This document shows positions 9,855-17,814 of a DNA stretch of 64,000 nt, in pieces. This DNA is from an uncultured virus (IMG/VR IMGVR_UViG_3300013981_000002) (Duplodnaviria > Heunggongvirae > Uroviricota > Caudoviricetes > Autographiviridae). Made by a program: the position numbers and the translations under genes. The stretch lies in the IMG/VR virus record IMGVR_UViG_3300013981_000002; one strand, given 5' to 3'. Numbering within the stretch: position 1 is the stretch's first letter; the number at the start of each line of letters is the position of its first letter. A model generated the notes under the pieces. It saw only the letters and a program-made list of their open reading frames with translations. It was not told the origin of the DNA and did no database searches.

Positions 9855-11099
9855 ATGACCAACATGACCCACGGCCGCGTCCCGCGCGGCCTCGTTTCCG
9901 TGCACGCCGATGGCGGCAGCCAGCCCGACGTGAAGGCGCTGGTGGAGTCGCTGAACAAGGCATTCGCCGACTTCAAGGCTGAGCACACCAAGCAGCTGGA
10001 AGAGATCAAGAAGGGCAGCGCCGATGCACTGCAGGCCCTGAAGGTCGACAACATCAATGCAGACATTACCCGCCTGCAGGCCGCGGTCGACCAGGCCAAC
10101 ACCCAGATGGCAGCGTTCCAGATGGGCGGCGGTAGCGCCGGCAGTTCTGTCGCTGATGCGGAGTACACCGAGTCGTTCCGTGCCCACTTCCGCAAGGGTG
10201 AAGTGCAGGCTGCCCTCAACAAGGGGGCGGCCGATGAGGGCGGCTACTTGGCACCGGTTGAATGGGACCGCTCGATCACCGACCGCCTGGTCATAGTGTC
10301 GGACATGCGCCAGCTGGCCAACGTGCAGCCCTGCTCCGGGGCGGGCCTGACCAAGCTGTACAACACCGGCGGCACGTCCTCGGGCTGGGTGGGCGAAGAA
10401 GATCCCCGCCCGGAGACCGCAACGGCAAAGCTGCGTCCGCTCAGCTTCGGCTGGGGCGAGATCTACGCCAATCCGGCGGCGACCCAGCAGCTGCTGGACG
10501 ATGCCGAGATTGACCTGGAGGCATGGCTGGCCGGCGAGGTCGAGCTGGAGTTCGCCAAGCAGGAGGGCGATGCGTTCTTCTCCGGCAATGGCGTCAACAA
10601 GCCGTTCGGCATCCTGACCTACGTGGAAGGCGGCGCCAACGCGGCCAAGCACCCGTTCGGTGCCATCAAGGCCGTGAACAGCGGGCTGGCGGCTGGCATC
10701 AACGGTGACAGCATTCTGGACCTGGTCTATGACCTGCCGTCGGCATTCACTGCGGGCGCCAAGTTCGCGCTGAACCGCAAGACGCAGGGTGTGGTGCGCA
10801 AGCTGAAGGATGCCCAGGGCAACTACCTGTGGCAGCCGTCGCTGGTGGCGGGTCAGCCGTCGACCCTGGCCGGCTTTGCGGTGCAGGATGTAGCCGCGAT
10901 CCCGGATGTGGCAGCAAACGCCATCGCCGCGCTGTTCGGCGACTTCAAGCAGACCTACACCGTGTACGACCGCAAGGGCGTGCGCGTTCTGCGCGACCCG
11001 TACACCAACAAGCCGTACGTGATGTTCTACACCACCAAGCGCGTGGGCGGCGGTGTGCACAACCCGGAGCCGATGCGAGCCCTCAAGATCGCCGAGTAA
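9855..11099 (+). CDS. Major capsid protein (HK97 fold)
   Basis: EGGYLAP, WVGE, LKDAQGNYLWQP, FGDF, KRVGG. Confidence 0.96.
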   Translation: MTNMTHGRVPRGLVSVHADGGSQPDVKALVESLNKAFADFKAEHTKQLEEIKKGSADALQALKVDNINADITRLQAAVDQANTQMAAFQMGGGSAGSSVADAEYTESFRAHFRKGEVQAALNKGAADEGGYLAPVEWDRSITDRLVIVSDMRQLANVQPCSGAGLTKLYNTGGTSSGWVGEEDPRPETATAKLRPLSFGWGEIYANPAATQQLLDDAEIDLEAWLAGEVELEFAKQEGDAFFSGNGVNKPFGILTYVEGGANAAKHPFGAIKAVNSGLAAGINGDSILDLVYDLPSAFTAGAKFALNRKTQGVVRKLKDAQGNYLWQPSLVAGQPSTLAGFAVQDVAAIPDVAANAIAALFGDFKQTYTVYDRKGVRVLRDPYTNKPYVMFYTTKRVGGGVHNPEPMRALKIAE

Positions 11100-11123
11100 T
11101 CGGCCCAGGGAACAGCGGAACAT

Positions 11124-11145
11124 GGGGCGGCTTCGGCCGCCCCTT
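11124..11145 (+). terminator. UUCG hairpin after capsid gene (weak terminator or mRNA stabiliser)
   Basis: GGGGCGGC-TTCG-GCCGCCCC, short T-tract. Confidence 0.55.
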
Positions 11146-11159
11146 CACTGGGAGAAGCC

Positions 11160-11426
11160 ATGAGCAAGCTTACGAAGCCGTTTCGCGGTGTGCGCGACGG
11201 CGAGATTTACCCGACTGATTTCGCCGTCGGGGATGAATGCCCGCCCGAATTGGAAGCAGGTGCCCGGGCCTTGGGTGCGCTGTCGGAGGGCAAGTCTTCG
11301 GCTGGATCGGAATCGGATGAGAAGCCGGTGCTGATTGCCAAGCTCGAGGCCGCCGGCATCCCGTTCGACAAGCGCTGGGGGGCGGAGAAGCTGGCCGCGG
11401 CTCTGGCTGAAGGGAAGAAGGACTGA
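11160..11426 (+). CDS. Small head-associated protein
   Basis: 88 aa after capsid; C-terminal helical GIPFDKRWG motif. Confidence 0.7.
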   Translation: MSKLTKPFRGVRDGEIYPTDFAVGDECPPELEAGARALGALSEGKSSAGSESDEKPVLIAKLEAAGIPFDKRWGAEKLAAALAEGKKD

Positions 11427-11427
11427 T

Positions 11428-11907
11428 ATGCCCATCGTCTCACTCGTACAAGCCCGCTCGCATGTGCGAGTTGAGGCCGATTACCCCGAGGAACAGCTGC
11501 AGGCCGCCATTGCCGGCGCGCAGGATGCAGCGCAGGCATACCTCAATCGGCGGATCTACGAGGACGCCGACGCCTTGGCTCTGGCAAGGCGCAGCTACCC
11601 AGCCGTAATGAAGGCCGCCGCGCTTGCAAAAAGCCAGGCGCTGGCAGATGCGGCGTTCATTGACGATGGGGACGAGCGCACCGCCGCGATAAGGCTGGCG
11701 GTTGTCTCCCATCGCGAGGCGACAGTAGAGGCGGAGGCCTGCATCCACGGCGTTGTTGCGAATCCGAGCATCTTCTCTGCCATCCTGCTGACGCTCGGTC
11801 ATCTCTACGCGAACCGCACGGATGTGATCGTGGGGGCTCAGGCGGTCGAGCTACCCAACGGTGCCAAGAGCCTGCTGCGTCCATACCGAAGGGTGATGAT
11901 GCCATGA
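11428..11907 (+). CDS. Head-tail connector (HK97 gp6-like)
   Basis: ARSHVRVE...AILLTLGHLYANR...LLRPYR. Confidence 0.9.
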   Translation: MPIVSLVQARSHVRVEADYPEEQLQAAIAGAQDAAQAYLNRRIYEDADALALARRSYPAVMKAAALAKSQALADAAFIDDGDERTAAIRLAVVSHREATVEAEACIHGVVANPSIFSAILLTLGHLYANRTDVIVGAQAVELPNGAKSLLRPYRRVMMP

Positions 11908-12239
11908 CGCTTCTAGATGGCGATCTGCAGCACCGTATCCGCTTCGAGCGCAAGACCGAACCGCGCGACCCGCTGGGCGGCTCAGGTAAGCCGGTGTGGG
12001 TCGAGGTTGTGAGTGTGTGGGCCAAGGCCACCAACAATCTTGCGGCAACGACAGAGGCGGTTGCCGCCGGTGCCGAGCGCTACCGGGAGCAGGTTCGGTT
12101 CGATATCCGCCCGCGTGACGTTGATCCTCAGTGGCGGATCGTGTTCCGTGGCCGTGCCTTCGATATCAAGAGCATCGCACCCAGCAACGACCGCAGCGAG
12201 ATGGCGATCATCGCCGTAGCGGGGTTGACCAATGTCTGA
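11904..12239 (+). CDS. Head closure / head-tail adaptor
   Basis: LQHRIRF..DPLGG..W; synteny. Confidence 0.88.
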   Translation: MTLLDGDLQHRIRFERKTEPRDPLGGSGKPVWVEVVSVWAKATNNLAATTEAVAAGAERYREQVRFDIRPRDVDPQWRIVFRGRAFDIKSIAPSNDRSEMAIIAVAGLTNV

Positions 12240-12735
12240 GCAGGTGAAGATCGACGGTCTGGACGGCCTCCTGCGTTCACTACGGGCGGCTCCCAAGGCG
12301 ATCCAGGGAAGGGCGGTTCAGGCCGGCATGCGCAAGGGCGGCAACGTCATCCGTGACGATGCCCGCCGCCGCGCCCCGAGAGCATCGGGGTTCATGGCCT
12401 CGCAGATCGTCACCCGCCGGGCCAACACCAAGAGCCGGCAGCGCGCAGGTGTAGGCCAGGGCGGCGAGTACTACACGGTCGGGGTTAAGACCGGTCGCCG
12501 CCGCAAGTACGCCAACACCAAGCGCAACCGGCGCCGCGGTCGCGTTGGGAAGGTCTATGAGGAGGCGGGCTGGGCCTATTACTGGCGCTTCAAAGAATTC
12601 GGCACCAAGAAGATGAGGGCCGAGCCGTTCCTCACGCCGGCAGGCGAGGCCAAGGGACCGGAGGCAGCGCAGGTGATCATCAATGAAACCTGGGCGGCGC
12701 TCGACAAGCAGCTGAAGAAGGATGGCTGGCGATGA
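12232..12735 (+). CDS. HK97 gp10-like tail component
   Basis: YYWRFKEFGTKKMRAEPFLTPA. Confidence 0.9.
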   Translation: MSEQVKIDGLDGLLRSLRAAPKAIQGRAVQAGMRKGGNVIRDDARRRAPRASGFMASQIVTRRANTKSRQRAGVGQGGEYYTVGVKTGRRRKYANTKRNRRRGRVGKVYEEAGWAYYWRFKEFGTKKMRAEPFLTPAGEAKGPEAAQVIINETWAALDKQLKKDGWR

Positions 12736-13094
12736 TGGTTCCCCTGATCCAGTCCCTGCTGCAGGGTGATGCAGCGGTTCGGCACGTGCTGGGCGACCCG
12801 ATCCGGTTGTGGCCGGGGACCGCGCCACAGGATGCAGCACTGCCCTACGCGACGTGGGAGGTGGTCGGCGGATCGCCCACCGCGATGCTGTCCGAGGCGC
12901 CGCCGGCCGACGGCTGGCGAGTCCGGTTGACCGTGTGGGGCGAAGCCCTGACGCAGGCCAACGGCGCGGCCGTCGCCATCCGCGACGCGATCGAGCGCGT
13001 GGGCAGCATCGAGTCTTACAACCCGACGCCTGACAGCGACGGCACGGACGCCTTTGGCATCTCCTTCGACGCCAGGCTCCTGCAACTGCGCTGA
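12732..13094 (+). CDS. Tail terminator (DUF3168-like)
   Basis: APQDAALPYATW; synteny. Confidence 0.8.
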   Translation: MMVPLIQSLLQGDAAVRHVLGDPIRLWPGTAPQDAALPYATWEVVGGSPTAMLSEAPPADGWRVRLTVWGEALTQANGAAVAIRDAIERVGSIESYNPTPDSDGTDAFGISFDARLLQLR

Positions 13095-13115
13095 ACCACA
13101 CAACGGCAAACCACT

Positions 13116-13136
13116 GGCCCCGCAAGGGGCCTTTTT
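13116..13136 (+). terminator. Terminator-like hairpin before major tail gene
   Basis: GGCCCC-GCAA-GGGGCC-TTTTT. Confidence 0.6.
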
Positions 13137-13172
13137 CATGCCCGGCGACGGGCGCAACACAAGGAAATCCCT

Positions 13173-13646
13173 ATGGGACAGGTAATCAAGTCGAAGCACT
13201 CCCAGCTGTTCGTCGCCATCGGCGCGGCCGAGGTCATCAAGGTGACCCGCCTGCGTTCGGTCGGCTTCCCCGATGGCCAGGCATCGGAGATTGATATTTC
13301 CGACTACGACGACGACTGGGACCAGTTCGTCGCCGGCCGCAAGCAGACCGGCAGCACCAGCATCGAGATCATCTACGACAGCGTCGACCACGAGAAGCTG
13401 GAAGAGCTGCATGAGACCGGTGCCGTCGTGAACTGGCTGGTGACCGCGCCGCTGTCGGAAACCGAAGGCGTGGCCAAGCCGACCGCCGTTGCCGGCAAGA
13501 TCACCCCGCCGGACACCGTACTGTCCAAGCAGTTCGACGGCTTCGTGCAGAACTTCGCGGTGACCAGCCAGGACAACGACGTCTGGAAGGCGACGATCAC
13601 CATCCGCGGCTCCGGCGCCGTCACCACGCACCGCCCGACGCCGTAA
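13173..13646 (+). CDS. Major tail tube protein
   Basis: GQASEIDIS...FVAG motif, beta-rich, synteny. Confidence 0.85.
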   Translation: MGQVIKSKHSQLFVAIGAAEVIKVTRLRSVGFPDGQASEIDISDYDDDWDQFVAGRKQTGSTSIEIIYDSVDHEKLEELHETGAVVNWLVTAPLSETEGVAKPTAVAGKITPPDTVLSKQFDGFVQNFAVTSQDNDVWKATITIRGSGAVTTHRPTP

Positions 13647-13771
13647 GGCCGCGCCAACGGCGCCCACCCAGGCCCGCTCCGGCGGGCCATCTCTCTGACA
13701 GGGCGCGCGGATCCTCCGCGTGTTAGCCGTGCGCGGCCCGCGCGCCCTGTCGCCATTCAAGGAAACGGCCA

Positions 13772-14146
13772 ATGAGCAAGACCAACGACACCCCCCAAAC
13801 CCAGCCGCAGCAGCCCCTGAGCGTCCTGCAGTCGTTCACCAACCTGGGCATGTTCGCGTCCAAGGACGTGCATGCCGACACGATCACCCTGCCCAACGGA
13901 GCCAAGGCGCAGTTCCATGTCCGCGAGCTGCCGGATGCGGAGTTCCGCAAGCTGTGGGGTGAAGGCGACCGCGCCAAGCTGATCGCAGCGACCATCTGCG
14001 ACGAGGACGGCAAGCCGGTCATGAACGTGACGCAGGCCGCCCAGCTCAAGCCGCTGGTGGCCGCTGAGCTGCAGCGCGTGGCAATGAAGCACTCCGGGTT
14101 CGGCGACGACGCCGCCCAGGCGCAGGCCGACGCGGGAAACGGCTAA
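13772..14146 (+). CDS. Tail assembly chaperone (G-like)
   Basis: After tail tube; ends with slippery G GGA AAC. Confidence 0.85.
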   Translation: MSKTNDTPQTQPQQPLSVLQSFTNLGMFASKDVHADTITLPNGAKAQFHVRELPDAEFRKLWGEGDRAKLIAATICDEDGKPVMNVTQAAQLKPLVAAELQRVAMKHSGFGDDAAQAQADAGNG

Positions 14147-14439
14147 GGCAGCGCGGCGAAGACTGGTTCTGGAAGGTCCTCGCCGGTCACCTGCACCGGA
14201 CGGTGTCGGACTTGCGGGCGACCATGTCGCGCCGCGAGTTCCTGGAATGGTGGGAGTTCCACAAGCGGAACCCCATCGACCCCGTGAGCCTGCACATCAA
14301 GCCCGCTGCCTTCGCCGCGTATATCACCGCCTCGCACAGCCAGGGCGGGACAAAGCGCTCCTTTCAGCACTACCTCGACGCTCTCGTGCCACGGTCCGAT
14401 GAGGACGAGGCGCAGGACTGGTTCGATGGACTGGGATGA
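14134..14439 (+). CDS. Tail assembly chaperone T-like segment reached by -1 frameshift
   Basis: GGGAAAC at 14134-14140; -1 frame open through ORF 14203..14439 (MSRREFLEWWEF). Confidence 0.8.
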   Translation, partial: GKRLRQRGEDWFWKVLAGHLHRTVSDLRATMSRREFLEWWEFHKRNPIDPVSLHIKPAAFAAYITASHSQGGTKRSFQHYLDALVPRSDEDEAQDWFDGLG

Positions 14440-16409
14440 CCATGACCGACACTTTCGGGCGGTTCGCCGCCACGCCCATTGGTCCGTTGCTCGCTGCGCG
14501 AGATGGCGGGCTTACCTTGGCCACCACTGGCGCCACCACGCTGGCCAGTCACGCGCGTTCCGACTTCAGCCTTGATGCCGGGACGGTGGGCGTGGAGTTT
14601 GCCGTGTGGGGTGATGACGCCGTTGCAGCACTCGTAGGCTTCGCCACTGGCCCGGCAGCGCTGAACAAGGCGCTGGGTGCGGATCTCGCCAGCATCGGCT
14701 GGGACCTCGCCGCCGGGCGCCTGCTGCAGGCTGGAGGAGCGATCGCCACTGGCCTGCCGGCGGTGACCCACGGCGACATTGTCGGGCTGCAGGTCGTGTT
14801 CTCGACCCCTCGCCAGCTGCGGCTCTACCTCAACGGCGCGCAGATCCTGGTGCGCGAGCTGCAGCTGTCTGGGCCGCTGTTCTTCGCCGCGTCACTGGCC
14901 GCAACCAAGGCGGGCGGGCTGTGCCTCGCGGTCAACGCAGGGCAGTGGGGGCCGCGAAGCGAGGCGGCGGCCGCTGGCTGGCGGTTGCCCGCTGCATCCG
15001 TCAGCCCGACCCGGCTGGCCGACGTGGACTGGCTGTCTGCGCCCGGCGATAGCCCGGCGAACGTTCGCTACGAGGGGTTGGTGGCCGAGGGCGTCAACCT
15101 GATCCAGGAGCTGGCGTTCTGGCCGTGGGGCGGTGACCCGGTGTCCCAGGCCGCGGCCGCCGAGTGCGTCGTGGTCGATGCGGAAGGTTTGCTGGACGGG
15201 ATGGCGGGCACTGGTGCCTCTGGCAGCTCGGTGCAGATCCTGCTGGCGCCCGAAAACGGGATGCGGGCCGACGCGGTCCCGGCCTTCCGTTGCGCGATCG
15301 AGCAGATCGAGATCAACGACGACGGCACCAAGACCCTGCACCTGCGCGACGCACACGACTACCTGGACGAGACGATCAACCGCGGAGTTTTCCTGCCGAA
15401 CGTCCCGTCGCTGGCCTGGAAGCCGCAGCCGGTAGTAATCGGGGCAGTGGCCAGCGTCCCGGCAATGGGCGCCAACTCGGATGCGACTTCAATGTTCGTG
15501 GCCGACAGCCGGGTCTACATCGATGCGGTGATGGATCGCGGTGACCTGATGGAGGACGGCACCTACAGCGAGGCTCCGGACGGGCAGCAGCTGCTGTTGA
15601 AGTCACCCCCCGTGACGCCGGTTGTCGTGGACGCATCGAGCATCGGACCGAGCATGATGCCGGCGCGGTTGGAACAGGCGGTGGGTGATGTGATGGCCCG
15701 GTTGGGCCGAGCGGCGTGGTCGGCCAGCGACTGCGCGGTGATCGACCAAGCCACGGGCTACATGGGTATCGGCTACTACGCGGGCACCGCCATTACCGGC
15801 CGCGCCGCGCTGAATGCCCTCCTACCCAGCTACGGCGCCGGCTGCTATCAGGATCCATCCGGGGTGCTGCGCTTCGCCCGCGTGACCGCGCCCGAGACCT
15901 ATGCCGGCGCGTTCGCCTTCGACTTGTCGGAGGATGATCTGGCGGCTGACCTAGTCATGGTGCCCGATGACGCTCCAAACCTGACCCGACGTATGGCCTA
16001 CCGACCCAACGGCCAGGCGCTGGGCGGATCGGACCTGGTCACTGACGTTGTCGACGTGCCCCAGCCCCGACGCGATGAACTGACCGGCCTCTACCGAGGG
16101 CAGGTGTATGGTGCTGGTCCGCTGCACGCCCACTACCAGCGGGCAGAGGCGGCTGACCCGGTCATCTCGTTGTTCTGGCACGCGGCCGACGCGCAGCAGG
16201 AAATTGAGCGCGTCCTGGGCATGTACCAGGTGCAGCGCCACTTCTACCAGCTGGCGGTGCGTGGCGATCAGGATCTGGCGCCGCTGCCGGGACAGATCGG
16301 CCGGCTCACCTACAGCCGGTATGGTCTTGAAGACGGCAAGCCGGTGCTGGTGCGCCGTGTGGAGCGCAACCCTGCCACGGGGGACGTGGTTCTAACGGTG
16401 TGGGGCTAG
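14436..16409 (+). CDS. Tail tip/hub-like protein with N-terminal SPRY/galectin-like domain
   Basis: GDIVGL..LRLYLNG (SPRY-like); PGDSPANVRY, KPQPVVIGAV; in tail operon. Confidence 0.65.
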   Translation: MTMTDTFGRFAATPIGPLLAARDGGLTLATTGATTLASHARSDFSLDAGTVGVEFAVWGDDAVAALVGFATGPAALNKALGADLASIGWDLAAGRLLQAGGAIATGLPAVTHGDIVGLQVVFSTPRQLRLYLNGAQILVRELQLSGPLFFAASLAATKAGGLCLAVNAGQWGPRSEAAAAGWRLPAASVSPTRLADVDWLSAPGDSPANVRYEGLVAEGVNLIQELAFWPWGGDPVSQAAAAECVVVDAEGLLDGMAGTGASGSSVQILLAPENGMRADAVPAFRCAIEQIEINDDGTKTLHLRDAHDYLDETINRGVFLPNVPSLAWKPQPVVIGAVASVPAMGANSDATSMFVADSRVYIDAVMDRGDLMEDGTYSEAPDGQQLLLKSPPVTPVVVDASSIGPSMMPARLEQAVGDVMARLGRAAWSASDCAVIDQATGYMGIGYYAGTAITGRAALNALLPSYGAGCYQDPSGVLRFARVTAPETYAGAFAFDLSEDDLAADLVMVPDDAPNLTRRMAYRPNGQALGGSDLVTDVVDVPQPRRDELTGLYRGQVYGAGPLHAHYQRAEAADPVISLFWHAADAQQEIERVLGMYQVQRHFYQLAVRGDQDLAPLPGQIGRLTYSRYGLEDGKPVLVRRVERNPATGDVVLTVWG

Positions 16410-16411
16410 GT

Positions 16412-16638
16412 ATGCGAGACATTCGCCAGTTCGAAGTTGTGGTTGCCAAGTTCCAGCCGCGGGCCTAGACGACTTGGTGCCGGGAGTGTCGGAGTTCATT
16501 GGCCAAGAGGCACGGTGGAAGGCGTGCTGGCTGATCGAGGAGGGTGAGTATGCCGGCGAGTGGGCGATGACGATGCTTCCCGATAACGGGAAGCTCAGCC
16601 CGTTTGCATGGGTGCCGTCGGGAGATCTTGAATGTTGA
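16412..16638 (+). pseudogene. Small phage gene apparently split by a 1-bp frameshift
   Basis: ATG 16412 frame stops at 16468; -1 frame continues GLDDLVPG...WLIEEGEYAGEWAM...FAWVPSGDLEC to 16638. Confidence 0.45.
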
Positions 16639-17393
16639 TCGGATATGGCATGCCGGCAGTCACGACAGTGACCCTCACCGGTGGCACGTGGTTGAGTGCG
16701 GACCAGGGCTCGGCGCTCTTCGACGGGAAGCCGGGTCGCGCGTCGCGGATCAGGCGGACCGGCTCGCTGGCGATCACGATCACCTTGGCCGATGCCGTCG
16801 TCCCGGGAATCATCGCGATTCTCGGCCTCAACATCCCGCCCGGCGTGCAGGTCAGCGCCGCCGGAGCCATCGGGACCACCGTGCGTCTGCCTGACGGCAG
16901 CGTCTGCGCCTGGCTGTTCCCGCAGGCCAGCGCCTTGGTCTCGGTGGTGTCCGTGGAGATCGCCACCACCGCCACCAACGTGGACGTGGGCGAGATTGCA
17001 ATCTTCCGGGCGGTGGACGTTGGTATCAAGGACGGCTGGGCCGTAGCAACGATTGACGCCAGTGTCCATGCCCGGACCAAAGGCGGTCAGGTCAATACCG
17101 TGCCCGGGCCGCTGTACCGCAGGCTGACCTGCACGCTGTCCGGCCGGTCCACGCCGGTTGTGCGCGGGAACGGCCTCGGCGGGATGGACTGGGAGATGAT
17201 CGGGGCCGCACTGGCGGGTCGACGGCGCTCCTGTGTCGTGCCCCAGTACCGGGATATGGTGACGAAGGCATTCGATCCAGCATTGGCGGCGCGGTCCGCC
17301 CTCTACGGCTTCCCGACCCAGTTGCCCAGTGCCGAGAACATCAGTCGACAGTACTTCTCCGGGTATATGGAGTTTGAGGAAATCGCTGCGTAG
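16632..17393 (+). CDS. Minor tail protein (distal-tail-like)
   Basis: 253 aa beta-rich; RTKGG, ends MEFEEIAA. Confidence 0.6.
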   Translation: MLIGYGMPAVTTVTLTGGTWLSADQGSALFDGKPGRASRIRRTGSLAITITLADAVVPGIIAILGLNIPPGVQVSAAGAIGTTVRLPDGSVCAWLFPQASALVSVVSVEIATTATNVDVGEIAIFRAVDVGIKDGWAVATIDASVHARTKGGQVNTVPGPLYRRLTCTLSGRSTPVVRGNGLGGMDWEMIGAALAGRRRSCVVPQYRDMVTKAFDPALAARSALYGFPTQLPSAENISRQYFSGYMEFEEIAA

Positions 17394-17426
17394 CTGGCAT
17401 GATCCCGACAAAATTCGGGAGTTTTT

Positions 17427-17756
17427 ATGAAACATGCAATCAGATTAGCGTCTTTAATGCTGCTGTCGCCGGTGATGGGTTGCACGGCTGCAAAGGACGA
17501 CGGCGCGAAACAGGCCCTGCTTAACTGCATGAGCGCGATTCAGGCTGCATCATTGGACCCGAGAAGCGCGAAGGTGCCCTACGTGAAAGACATGGGATCG
17601 GCGGGCGAGCATTACTTCGCCTGGCCGTTGGGCTCGGGCCTGATCCTACCCACAACCGATGGCTCCGAGAAGCCTGCTTCTGCGTCTTGCATCACCAACG
17701 CGACGGGGATCGTGACAGATATGACCATTAACGGATCGGAGATCCCGATTCGCTGA
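17427..17756 (+). CDS. Lipoprotein moron within tail operon
   Basis: Signal peptide with VMGC lipobox; AT-richer upstream; own terminator. Confidence 0.75.
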   Translation: MKHAIRLASLMLLSPVMGCTAAKDDGAKQALLNCMSAIQAASLDPRSAKVPYVKDMGSAGEHYFAWPLGSGLILPTTDGSEKPASASCITNATGIVTDMTINGSEIPIR

Positions 17757-17776
17757 AACTCCCCTCCATAAGCCTC

Positions 17777-17805
17777 AAAGCCCGCCCTGTGCGGGCTTTT
17801 TTTTT
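17777..17805 (+). terminator. Intrinsic terminator after lipoprotein moron
   Basis: AAAGCCCGC-cctgt-GCGGGCTTT + T-tract. Confidence 0.85.
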
Positions 17806-17814
17806 GGAAGCGCG

